Below, one piece after another: positions 1 through 11,644 of a DNA stretch of 64,000 nt. The notes under the pieces are model-generated. The model was not told the origin of the DNA. It did no database searches and saw only the letters and a list, made by a program, of their open reading frames with translations. Where the stretch lies: contig CM052818.1 of the NCBI GenBank assembly GCA_028534125.1, positions 23,252,001-23,316,000 of the forward strand. The letters run 5' to 3'. The translations under genes were made by a program, and so were the position numbers. The first letter of the stretch is position 1. Each line of letters begins with the position of its first letter. This DNA comes from Lama glama (Eukaryota).

Positions 1-721
1 AGGGGTCAGGGACCATTGTAATCCCAGGCAACTGGACTCTGGAATGACCCCCATCTTGAATGAGCTTCTTTTTATGGTATTTATTTCACTTTCCACTAGG
101 ATTGAACCAGAAAGAAAATTTTTGGTAGAGACAGCATTGAGAAATATGGCCAGTGGGAGAGCTGGGGACCTGTGCTTATGAGGAATTCTTTGGGTATAGG
201 ATAAAGGCGATGTGGCTCTATTGGCTTTCAATTTCCCCCTCTGCATAGCTGTGGAAAGAATGTGTCATTCCTGGTAAAAAACCCAGCCAAAGTATTTCCT
301 TGGAGATAAAAACACAGAATAAGAGTTTTAAGAAACATTTTGGGGGAGTCAAAAGAATGTTAATGAGACCATTGAATAAATTATAAAAGATGTTGAGAAC
401 AAAATACTTATGACCAGTTAAAATATTTTAAAAGATGCTCAAAGAAAATATTGTGCTTTCAGAGGGGAACCGCGGAATGGGACAGAGAGAACCCAAAAGG
501 GGATAATGTGGAAACCAAATTGAGAAAGTGGGACTTTTAACCAAGAACAATTAGAAAAACAACAATAGTTATTGATTCTTTTAAAAAGCAATTAGGTTCT
601 AGGAACAGGGGCACAAAACAGTCAGTTCTGGGAAGACTATACCATGTTGGTGAGGCTTATGGATAGTATCTCTTATTTCCTCTGTGATTAAAAACACTAT
701 TTTGGAGGATGATTTTATTCA

Positions 722-960
722 GTTAACAATCATTTATTGAGCAGATACTATGTGCCCTTGCTTGGCCTATAGGTATGCAATAAATATATTTTAAAAATCC
801 TTACAACAACTCTATAAGTAAGTATAATTATTACCCTCATTTTATAGGTGAGGAAAGTGAGGTCCAAATGGGTTAAGCACTTGCTGAGTGCCACAGTTAG
901 GATGCACTGGGACAAGGATTTGAACCTAGGAATTCCTGTAAACCACTACATTATACTGCC
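722..960 (-). mobile_element. MIR SINE
   Basis: Reverse-complement MIR core and tail: catttattgagc..., attttataggtgaggaaagtgagg...ggatttgaacctagg. Confidence 0.85.
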
Positions 961-1009
961 CCTTGATAAATACGTGAGTAACCAAAATGCAAGACAGAAA
1001 TTGGAAAGT

Positions 1010-1105
1010 GGGGGGCAGGGATAGCTCAGTGGCAGAGCACATGCTTAGCATGCATGAGGGTCCTCGGTTCAATCCTCAGTACCTCCATTAAAATAAAAAA
1101 ACAAT
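1010..1105 (+). mobile_element. Camelid tRNA-derived SINE (Vic-1-like), short form
   Basis: GGG..ATAGCTCAGTGGCAGAG A-box, GGTTCAATCC B-box, CAGTACCTCCA plus A-rich tail; imperfect TSD aaattggaaag/aaagtggaaag. Confidence 0.85.
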
Positions 1106-3164
1106 AAAGTGGAAAGCACTCCATAGGTGATAAAACCGACAGCAGTCAAAGTTCTAACCTCTGCCAAGGGAAGGGAATGGTAGGAGGGGCTCCCCGGAGG
1201 GGCAGCATTTGAGCTGGGTCTTAAATATGGGTGAGATTTTTCTAAGCGAGCACAGGGGGCGGCATCTTCGAGATGGAAGGACTGACGTGAATCAGCATCC
1301 TGAGCTGGGCAAGTGCGGGACACGTTAGGAGAGGTTTACAACTCCGGCGTACTAGGACAGCGCTTCTCCTCCCTGGTGGCAGCAGACAGGCTGGAGCGAG
1401 TTGGAAGCAGCCAGGAACAGGGCTTCTCATACAGTCATGCGCACATGGGTGACCTGGGGGTCTCGTTAAATGCAGCTTCTGCTCCAGTAGTCTGTGGTAC
1501 TGGCCCCCAGGGATGCCCAGGCTGCTGGTTTTGGATCACACTGGGTATCTGGGCTCGTGAGGGTCTTGCTTTCCTGGCTTGGGGTGTGGACTTTATTTGG
1601 TAAGCCCGGGGCTGCGCAGATGCATTCTAAGCAGGGAAATCAGGCTTTAGAAAGATGTTTGGTGGTGGCGTAGAATGCCCTGGAGGGCGTTTGGGCTTTG
1701 GTTTCTTTAGCTCCTAACTTGCAACTCTCTAATCTCAGAACGCTGATTCAGTCGGGATTTGTGCAGGAAAACAGAAACCACCCCAACTAGTTTAACAGGA
1801 CTAATCTCATCCTTGGTTTTCCAGTGGTCACTTATTCACCAGAGCTGCCTAGAAATTATTCCTCCAGGACTGGCCAGAAGCAAAATCTGTCCTATTCTCT
1901 CAGGGTCCAGAAAGGAGATAAAATTTTGGCTTGACCTTGGGCCATCCTTGTGGGCCTATCCGGGTAAAGGCCGGGCCCTGTCACCTAGCATGTTCTGGGT
2001 CACTTTACCACAACCGGCAGATCTGCTCAGGGAAGAAAAATGCTGCTAATATCAGCCTGAAAAAAAACATCATCAGGAAATTAAATCTGTGGCTTTAAAA
2101 AAACCCACACTGCTTTCTGGCTCTGCTCCCTCTCCCAACGGGGATCTCTCCCTCTGCCTGGGGGCCTCCTTCCGGCCTCCTCCCCTCCCATCTGGGCGTC
2201 CTACCCTCTATCCCCTCCCCAAGCCTCCCCTCCTCCCTCCCTCCCTTTCTTTCTCATCCCACAGGACCTCTAGCCTTCCTTCTTTCTTCTCACTGGGCTC
2301 CTCCTTCATGGCTTCAGGCTTCCCTTCCTGTCTCTAGGCCTCCAGCTTTTCCTCAGCTCCACGGAAGCATGTGTCTGTCTCCTTTTCACTTCCCATCAGG
2401 GAATCCTAACTGCTGAATAGGCCCTTCACACCAGGCCCTGAAGGGGACTTGGCTGGGGCACTGGGGGAATGGGGAGGGGTGCCGGGGACCTGCTGGGGCC
2501 ATACAGAAGCCCATTGATAGGCAGCCCCTGGATGCAGACAACCCAGCCCAGCCTCCATGGCTCCAGGCGGAGAAAGGTGTCCCTTGAGGCTGTGGCCAAC
2601 ATCCCGGCCATCATGAATGACCTCAGTGTCTCTGGCTTGCGGGGGGTGGGGGGGACCTTTGCTCTGTACCTTCCAAATCCTGTATGCCTATCGGCCCCAC
2701 CATTGGTGTGAATATATTTGTCTTGAAAATAATTTGTCAGTACATCTCCATCAGCAGTGCTGATTTCATTAATTGAAAGAATTAGCTCTTTGTGGCCAAT
2801 GAAAGAATATGGAGCCAAAACACACGGAACACTTTTCCCCAGTGACCCAGAGACCCTTGGACGAACTCCTGGGTGCCATGAAAATGGATCGTTTTGCAGA
2901 AAGAATATCATTGGATGTTTATTTAACATCACTCTCCATACCTCCCCCTCCTCACCAAAAGCCCTTCGAAGCCTTCTCACATCTGGCTGCTTTTCTTCCT
3001 TCACTTTTTGTGCAGAGCCAGGGCAGGGAGGAAACTTCATCAGTCTGAAAACATCCAGCAGCAAAGTGTAAATGAAATGTGCAGAGAGGCCAGAGGCGGG
3101 GGCGTCTTACATCCTGAGGGTGGAGGAGTAAGAAAGTGGTGTCCTCACCCACACTCAGTATGGG

Positions 3165-3372
3165 GCAGAACTGTTTCTGGACCCTGCATTGACCACTAGG
3201 AGCCGTGTGACCAGGGGAAAGGTACTCAACCCTTCTGGGCCGTAGTTGTCTTACTGGTAAAGTGGAGGAATAAACACACACTCATGGGGCTGTTGGAGGA
3301 TTAAAGGTGGGTAATGCAGGTACAGTGTAAGGCACATAGTAGACACTCGATTGATGGTAGCTCCGACTATTG
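3165..3372 (+). mobile_element. MIR SINE
   Basis: Degenerate MIR core (gtgtgaccagg...gaggattaaa...ggcacatagtagacactcgat). Confidence 0.7.
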
Positions 3373-3968
3373 TTGCTGGGATCACAGTCAGAACAGAATT
3401 TCAACTGTTCCTAGATCTCAGAGACCCACCATTGCTCATCCTATTCAGGGAGGCAGATGGGCAGAAATATATCCAATGAGGGAGACAGATGGACTGAAAA
3501 AGCATGATCAAGGGGATCGGATGGAATGATAGGCAGATGGACAGATGGGACATCTCATGGGGAAGGTAGAACTATGACAACCTGAAGGAGATACTGAGAA
3601 ACGGTAGTCTTGTGGGAGGGACACATGGATGAGAGTCCAACAGGGGAGACAGAGAGATGACAGGCCAAAGTGGAAGACAGATGGATGGCAATTTCCTCGT
3701 GGAGTAGGGTGGGGGTGGGTGACCCCTCGGCTGGGGAGAACAGATGGGCAGCATGCTGATGACGGGGCCTCGGCTTCCTGTTTAGTCTCTGTTCCTTGGC
3801 CTGACAGCCCTGAATTCAGAAGAACCCCAGGGGCTCTGTGGGCATTTGAGAATGTGTGTGTGGGGTGTCACATGACCTGAGAAGAGCACCAGGGTCACCT
3901 GGACCTCCGTTCCTGCCCCTTCCTGCAGCCCCTCCCTGGGTGGCCCCTCAGATAAAGGCTCAGCCATG

Positions 3969-4060
3969 ATGGAAGGGGGAGGAGGGGGGAGGAGGAGGGA
4001 GGAGGGGGAGAGGGGGAGGGGCGGAAGCAGAGGAGGGAGGGAGGAGGGAGGTGGGAGAAA
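3969..4060. repeat. GA-rich polypurine tract with G-runs
   Basis: ggaagggggaggaggggggaggaggagggaggagggggagagggggaggggcggaag; includes GGGGCGG (Sp1-like) and GGAAG (ETS-like). Confidence 0.9.
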
Positions 4061-4566
4061 ACAGCACTTTGAAAGTAAAGGGAAATAAAAACTGGCTAAA
4101 AGTTTTATTTATTTAAAATAAAGGTTCAGTTATGCTTGACTGTAAACATGCCGGCCCATCCCTCCCACCCTCGCTGCTCTCCTGGCAGAGGGCTTGGACC
4201 ACACAGCAAGTGGGGGCAGGAGGCAGAGAGAAGGCCAAAGGAGGCCACGGGGAGGGGTGGGGGCTGGGGTGCCCAGGTGTGGGGAGGGGAGAGGGACCTA
4301 GGAACTCAGTGCCCTGCCAAGACCCGCTGGCCCTGGGTTCCCAGTCCTTCAGCACACAAACCCATAAGAGTCCAGACAGTGTGGACTCCTCACGCAGCAC
4401 ACTCAGCACAGAGACGCAGATGGCACAGCCGTGCGTGCGGGCACTCACAGGTGTGCAGGTCTCTCTCTTACATGCCTCTCCAGAGTTACACAGCCGGGTC
4501 CTAGAGGAGGTGGCAGAGCTCCAGCTGTGAGTCACATTTTCTATTTGGATAAAAAAAAATCCTTAC

Positions 4567-5650
4567 CTGCCTCTGGTCCTCTTTCTTTCCAGTTCCACCT
4601 GACTTCCTTCTGGTGTTTTCAGGGACTGAGCTGATTTGGGTGGCCGAGAAGAACTTATGAGCTCCCTGGAGAGGGGAGACGGTGTAGATGGAGAAGAATC
4701 TGCAGCAGAGACAGGTCTGGGGAAACCTGCCTTGCAGATCCTTGATGAAGAGGTTGCTGGGGCCGCCACTGGTGGGGCCGCCGTTGGTGGCCCAACTGGC
4801 CAGGGAAGGGCTGTGGTATGCAGGGTCAGGAGGGAACAGGCAGGAAATGTTTGTGATAAGAGGCTTCCCCTCTTGCAAACTCTCCTCATTTCCAGGCCGG
4901 GCTGCTGGAGAAGGTCAGGGGGCTTCAGAAGCGGCTGCTGCACGAGCCAGCCTTCGGGACTGTGGCAGGAAGGGCTGCATTTGTGGGGGGCCCTGGGGAT
5001 GGAAGAAGGGCAGCGCCTGGGGGTCAAAATGACCCTGGGAACTCAATGTGGGCTACCTTCCTTCTGGCTCAGAAAGCTCCATCAGACTTCAATAAGGCCA
5101 AATCAAACCCTTAAGAAAAGAAAAGCAAACAAACTAACCTCCTCTCCCCCCACCAGGCCTATGTTGTTAATCCAAGATGCTGGGAGGGCAGGACTAGCCC
5201 CAGGGCATTTCATGCTGCAGGTCGTCTCACTTGGGGCCATTGCTAACATTAACCAGTAAAAGTGGAAACTGGAAGAGTTCACAGAGGACCAGGCTGGAAG
5301 CTCTGAGAGGGGGTCCTACCCAAGGGAGTCTTCTGCTGGGGAAGGAGGCTCTGGGACGTGGTCATGCAGCTGTCTGCAAAGCTCGGTGCTCCTTGGGCTC
5401 CTACTGTCTCCTGTTTGCTTGAGGCCCAGCAACTTCGCCATCTGTGGTTGACTTGGACAGCGCACAAAGGAGTGGGAAGTGCCGCAAAGGAGCCCGCAGC
5501 CACCGGTGCCCCCGCTATTGTACCAGTGCCCCTTCTGAAGGATTAGCAGTTTCTATCTGTCCCTGGGGGCTGCACTGTAAATGCCTGTGTAATGCTAATT
5601 TGTGGTTGGCAGGAGATTGATTGGGAAGGAGCTGAACAATGGCAAGAGGA
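4567..5650 (-). promoter_or_regulatory. Candidate promoter/first exon of an unidentified minus-strand transcript
   Basis: Repeat-free; near-consensus minus-strand donor CAG|GTAAGG at 4567/4566; CCAAT box on - (5620-5624), POU-like ATGCTAAT, RUNX TGTGGTT and SOX AACAATG clustered at 5592-5641. Confidence 0.35.
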
Positions 5651-5687
5651 GGCTGAGCTCTCCTGCTACTCCAGGAACCTCTGGGGG

Positions 5688-5741
5688 GTGTGTGTGTGTG
5701 TGTGTGTATCTGTGTGTGTGTGTATGTGTGTGTGTGTGTGT
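5688..5741. repeat. (TG)n microsatellite, interrupted
   Basis: Seen directly. Confidence 0.95.
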
Positions 5742-7264
5742 CCGTGTCCCAGGAGGAATGTAGCAACAAGGGCACAGAAAGGATGAATGAAAGAGAGGAT
5801 GAGAATTAGATCACCCTTGGTCAGAGTGGAGTCTGCAAGGCACACATTCAAGGAGATGTTTTTTGACAGAAGTAATTGACATCACATCACTTTTGCTGCA
5901 TTTCATGTATTCCATGCGTTGGAAGCAAGACCCTAGGTCCAGCTCACAAGTAAGGGGAAGGGATTTTACAGGAGGCAAGAATCTGTGAGAGCTATTTCAG
6001 AAGCAGCCTAGGACACTTTGATCCTAGGAAAGTGCCTGGTACCTAGTAAGTGCTCAGGAAAAGATACTGTTACTTGGTCTAGTGACATGATCTGGGAAGT
6101 GTGCTGGTTTCCCCTCAGTGGCCCCGGCCTCTGCTGTCCCATCTCCATCCCTGTTGCAATTGCAGGGTTTTCTCGGAAAGTTTTCCCTCTAGCACGGTGA
6201 AGTTTGTGACTACCCTCTCTGGGCGTGGGCCCGCAGACAGAGGATAGATGCTAACACATATCCACACTGTCTTCTTAACTGCCTCTTCCTGAACATGTGT
6301 GGTCTTGCATTGTGGTCAGTGTACAGATATTTTAATTTCCTGCTCACCTGCTCAGTGGAAGATCTGATTTCTTCTTGTATTTTTTTTTCCCCCAGCAGCC
6401 TGTGGACAGGTATTTCTGTCTGACCATCTGGTAGCCATTCACCTTTATAGCGGCTTGAGAAAGGAATTAATTTCACCTGTTACTTTAGCCGTATCTGCTC
6501 CTTTGACAGCAAGTTACCTTTATCACCTCTTAAAATTCTTACTATGTCGGTCCTTCTGGTACCAAGAGGGATCTTTAGATCCCCTAACTTTGTGCAACTG
6601 CATCTCCTTCATCGGGTTAGCTTCTCGTGCCTTTCTTTTTGCACCAAGGGTTTAAACATCCTGGGCAAACTCTGTCGGTACCTCTCTCCACTGAGACTGA
6701 TGGATTCAGTTTGACTAGACCAGACCTAAAGTAATCAGAAAACAATCAACTGAAGGAGGATATCTGACCCCTGTCCCCATCTTGTCTCTTGACGGATTCC
6801 GAAGGCTTCGGTGTACTTGTGGTGGGTGATTTGGGGAGGGCAGTGTAGGGGAAGAGAGAGGAAACTCCTGGGCAAGAATGAGGTGGGTGGACTGCCTTCA
6901 TCCTGCTTTGGTTTTTGTATCCCCGGTGTCTCAGAGCTTCTGAAGGTGGAGAAATCATGGGTCGGTATTAGGTGAGGCATCAGGGGCTTCTGTTTGGGAG
7001 TCTTAGCTCAGCCCACAAGGCTCTGTTGTCTTTTTGTTGGCAGGAGCATTGGAAAGGCAGGGACTACCTGGCCACAGAATACAAACACTTATGATAAGCA
7101 TCATAATATGCCTTTCCGGAAAATGGTGCTGCATGGAGGAGATGACTAATATCCTAGGCAGAAGGAAGCCAATGACTGGGATCTTAAAACTCCTCCCAAC
7201 GTCATCCACGTACTAGTTTCTAACTGGTTAATGGACATGGTCGCCATTTCTAGGACCTGTTGCT

Positions 7265-7505
7265 CTCGTGGTCAGGAGTGTGCACTCTGGTCAGATCGGC
7301 CTTGGTTTGAATCCCAGTTCCTTCACTTCCTAATTGGGGCCTGGCTAGCCTCTCAAAGTCTTGGTTTCTCATCTGTGAAATGGACCTGTGATGATTTCTA
7401 TTCTCATAGGGTTGTTATGAGAATTACGTAAAGTAACACATGTAATGGTATAAAATAGCATGGAGTGTATACTAAGCCCTCAAAGACTATTGTTAGTTTT
7501 ATTAT
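7265..7505 (+). mobile_element. MIR SINE
   Basis: ggtttgaatcccag...tttctcatctgtgaaatgg...ctcatagggttgttatgagaatta. Confidence 0.85.
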
Positions 7506-8239
7506 CTCAGTCCCCAGGACCTTCCAACAGTTGAAGCCTCCATTTTTGTAACTTACCATCTATGTTATACATATTGCTTGATGGGGACGGTCTCTTCCCC
7601 ATCCCCCAAATGTTGAGCATCTGATGACCCTGCCATCAGTCCCTCTTCTGGACATTCCATCTCTGGGACCTTGACTCCCACCCACCAATGCCTGCCCCAT
7701 ACTTCTTCCAGTGTGTGAATCAGCCTCTAAGCCCTGTCAGCCTGCTACTATGGAGTGTCCTCTCGGGGCTGAGGGACAGTCCAGCTGGGAGGTCTCTATC
7801 TTATCATTGGTGACCTCCTTGTGAACCTTACTGAGGCACTGAGGAGAAATGTAAAAAGTTCAGACAAGTTGTTATTTGTCATCTCTCTCACCCACCCTGC
7901 CACAAAAGTTAACAGAATTTAACGCACTTCCTAAAACACAGAATTGAGTCAAAACCCTTTTGTCTCTAGACATAGAGTGAACCTTTCACTTGGCTGGGAA
8001 GCTGGGATGAAGAAACCACCCAGGAGGCCAGATGGGATGTCTGTGGTGGGTCAGATCTCTCAGTATGAGAGGAGGTTAGACATAGGGGACAGGGCAGCAC
8101 CAGTGCGCCTGGAGGCTCCGTGGTGATCCCGGGCTGTGTCTATAGCTGCTCCAGGCCAGAAACCTTCTCCATTTCTACAGGAACCCTAGCAAAGAAGTGC
8201 CCCCCGAAACAGCTGGTCTTTCTCCTTTGGAAAGTGGCA

Positions 8240-8500
8240 TGCTGGTTTCCATAGCAACGGGACTCTCCAGCTCTGTCCTCTCTGAGCCCCGTCTCAGAAG
8301 CTTTCTGGCATGAATATCAAGGCCCCAGGGTGGGTAGTCTTTTCAGAGAGGATGAGTCATCTGCATACTTGATCCAAAGGGAACTGGGCTTTCTTAACCT
8401 AAAGCGCTCATGTGATGTAAACAGTGGAGCTGAAGGCTAGGATGTCAGGGTGTTAGGGAGGTTGGCTATGCTCGGAAAACAGGAATGCTGAGTCAGTTGA
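8240..8500. promoter_or_regulatory. Candidate enhancer (RFX X-box, AP-1, FOX, NFE2/MAF sites)
   Basis: GTTTCCATAGCAAC 8245-8258, ATGAGTCAT 8352-8360, TGTAAACA 8416-8423, TGCTGAGTCA 8486-8495. Confidence 0.45.
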
Positions 8501-9584
8501 TGGAGGCAGATTTTGATGAGTGTTGTGAATTACTGGTTTGGCATGGAACATGAAATGGCTTTGTACCAAATCAATGAGGGGAAGGAAGGGCTGGCACCAG
8601 CAGAGACCTCAGCTGGCTTAGGTGGGGTGGCAGCGTCTGTGAGGTCCTTCTCAGAGACCTGGATAGGTTGTGGAATGTTACCAAAACCTCTTGAGGAGGA
8701 GGAAACTCATAAGCTGTCTCCCAAAGTGGGCTGGAGGATCATTCATCTGTCTCAGTGATTACCATCCTTCCCATCAGGGGTGGAGAAAGACTATTTCTCA
8801 GATAGGACAACAGAAGTGAGGGGCTAGGGGCAGGAGAGTGATCTTCAGATGGAATGAAATACCTTCAGTTGCAGTGAAGATGTTTTTTCCTTTCTGATTA
8901 TTCTAGTCGAGGACAAAATTGACTGGATGGTGGACAATAGCTGGTCTTTGAATGGAGGCTGGTGCAGAAGGGAGAGAGCAGTGCTGGTGAGCCCTGCAAG
9001 CTGATTAGTTACTGGAGAAGCTGAAACTTATACTGAGAAGGTGATCACTGGCATGGGTCTTCTTTTCACCTGGGCTATTTCCCTGTTTCTTTTTGTGTTA
9101 TTAACAAATAAATGGAGAAGGATGAACAGATCTCCGCAGTTTTTATACTAGAAGATCCTGTTAATCTCTTTGTGATTCCAGCAGGTGGATGAGATTTCTG
9201 ATTTCCACAATTATCTGTGCCTGAAGGTGTCTACAGGCAAGGATTACTGGGGTAGACTTGAAACACGGGCGCCCAGGAATGGGGAGTGCACTCCGGGGGC
9301 CATGGGAAGAACTTCCTTCTGACAGCTGGAGACAGCCTTCTGCGTGGGTGGGTGGGGAAATAATCCCTTTTATCATAGTTTAGTTTGCTTAATTACCTCT
9401 TTAGCAGGGCTGCTCATGGGTGCAACAGGTGTCAGGCTTTGTAAAACGGACACTAAGGGCTGGCCAAGATCCTTGGTCATTCTTGATCTGTTACAATTGG
9501 ACCTTCAGTACCATGAAGTCTTGTTCTCAATTGTAGTCCCTTGTCCTGGGGATGGGAGAGAAGATATTGTGTTCTGTTTGTAAC

Positions 9585-9673
9585 TTTTTTTTTTAACAGA
9601 GGTACTGTGGACTTGAACCCAGGTCCTCATGCATGCTAAGCACGCACTCTACCACTGAGATATACCCAGCCCC
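9585..9673 (-). mobile_element. Camelid Vic-1-like SINE, short form
   Basis: Poly-T followed by gaggtactg...ttgaacccagg...catgctaagcacgcactctaccactgag. Confidence 0.85.
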
Positions 9674-10129
9674 TCTCATTTCTGAAAAAGGTTTAGGAAC
9701 TGGTCTGGAAGCGCAGTTTCTCTTACTGAATCCAAAAAAAGAAGCTACAGTGGAAGAACTGGGGTGGGAGGATGGGCCCTGTGGATGAAGACCAATGGGA
9801 TTTGTCATTGCTTTGGAAAATTGTCCTATACATTTGCAAGTCACAGGAAGTTAGCAGAGAAGAAACAGCTGGATTCTTTTCATCACCTTAGCCTGTGTAT
9901 TATCTTGAGATAGTATGTACTACACTACACTTCGAGAGAGTGTAGAAACATGGGAAGTGCAAGATAGCGGGAGCTGGGACACTGGGATTTTGGACTGCCC
10001 CTGGCCAGTTGTGGAACCCTGGGGGTGTTGCTGGGGCTCTCTGGACCTCTCCAGGTTTCTTCTCTGGTGGTGGGGGGAGGGAGAGTTGGTGGACAGGGAT
10101 TAGGTGGTCTCTAGTCTATGACTCACTGG

Positions 10130-10760
10130 CCCACAGCGTGACTGCCTCTCACACACACAGCCAGCGAGGCTGATTGCTCTCAGCAGCACTGCGCTCTCTC
10201 CTCCCCTGCCTCCCCAGCGGGTTATCGTGCTGACTCTAAGAACACAACCCCCATCTGGATGCGGTCCAAACGCCAGATGTGCCCCCGATTAGTGTCGGTC
10301 TGGGGAATGTTTCCATGACTGAAAGGTCAGTGTCGGCTGGAAGTGCCCGGAGTGGGCGTCTGCCCCCCACCCATGTCAGCTGCGAGAGCTGACCTTCCAT
10401 TATCTCACTGGCCCGGGAACTGAGCAGGGGCGGCGTGGGGGCGAGGGCTGGCCCGGTTCACAAGGGCCTTGTTTTACTCGCCTTCCTCCTCTGCTCTCGG
10501 CCGGAGGACAGAGTGTGATTTTCCACTTGGAGGAGGCTCCAGGGGTGTGCAAAGAGGGAAGCCCTGCTGGTGTGTAACTGCAAACATTTTGTTCTCCCTT
10601 AGATCTGCAGTGGGTTCCTGTCTCTTCTGATTTTCTCACGGCGGCCGTCACCTCCGCTATGGAAAGCAAAACGGTCGATCATGTTGGGCTGCGCTGGGCT
10701 GCCATGTTTCACCCTATTTACAGGTCACTTTAAGTACCGCTTCTACCCTTCAGATGGGCT
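10130..10760. promoter_or_regulatory. CpG-enriched unique segment, candidate enhancer or weak promoter
   Basis: CpG visibly denser than the flanks, GC box GGGGCGG, E-boxes, no recognisable repeat. Confidence 0.35.
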
Positions 10761-11644
10761 TTCATGTTCAATTTCATTCGGGTAGGGCTATGCTCGGCTT
10801 TCCTCTAGGTAGCAATGAAAATTAAACACAATTGAGTTTGATGGGTACCTTATTGATTCCAGACCCATTTCAGTAGACTGTGACACTTCGCGACCTGCAA
10901 ATTCTACACATTAGAGTTCAGATTTTACACCAATGCCGTACACACGCAGCGTGGACTTGGATTTCTCCCAACAACACCCAAGTCCCAACAAAGGACATAG
11001 GCCCTGTCAGAAGACGAAAGCTACAAAGGAAGATGCATTACAGATGATAATTACGGTCAGCTCCTTGGGGGGGGGAATGCTTCCTGAGTAATTTCATAGA
11101 AATCACACCCAAAAAGAGAGTAATAATTTCCTCAATTCCACGCTTTCCTTTTGGGTTCTCTGTAGGCCACGTCTTGTCCCACAAGTCACCATAACTTCAT
11201 TTCAAAAGGATGAAGGAGAGGGGAGAGGCTGTGTGGTTAACCTGGCCTGGGAAATAGCAAGCAATGAAAACTGTTCAGCGTCTTTGATTGACTGTGTCCT
11301 GTCAAAGCACAGTTTCTCTTCTTTGGGTGTGACTGAGCGTTCAGGGTGAAGGACTCACCTGTGGCCCAGGACAACTGGTACCAGAGCAAGGCTGGGTGGG
11401 CGGGTCCTGGTCAGTTTGGGGTTTCAGGGTATTGTGTCAATCATTTCTCTTTTGTAACTGAGCTGGGAATTACAGGCTTTCTTCAGCCCCACATGGGAGA
11501 AAGGGAATTTTTACTAGAGGGCATGGCCTTGAGGTGAGTAAGGAAAAGTATCTTCCCTGGGGCAGGAAACAGGCTTGTGGAGAAGGATATTCCCCCGTGG
11601 GGGTCACAGGGCCACTTGTAAAACGACGCCTAGATGTTGGTCTA

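Noticed and set aside
1..715. Possible exon or L1 ORF1/HAL1 remnant in the A-rich start of the window
   Set aside because: No long ORF, and I could not match it to a repeat family with confidence
1010..1105. tRNA genes at SINE heads (also 9585, 24949, 29505, 37226)
   Set aside because: A-rich tails, TSDs at some copies and divergence mark them as SINEs
2426..3064. 212-aa minus-strand ORF
   Set aside because: No recognisable domain, non-ATG start, overlaps several equally uninformative ORFs, no convincing exon boundaries
4636..5259. 207-aa plus-strand ORF
   Set aside because: Non-ATG start; G-rich composition explains the lack of stops; no recognisable homology
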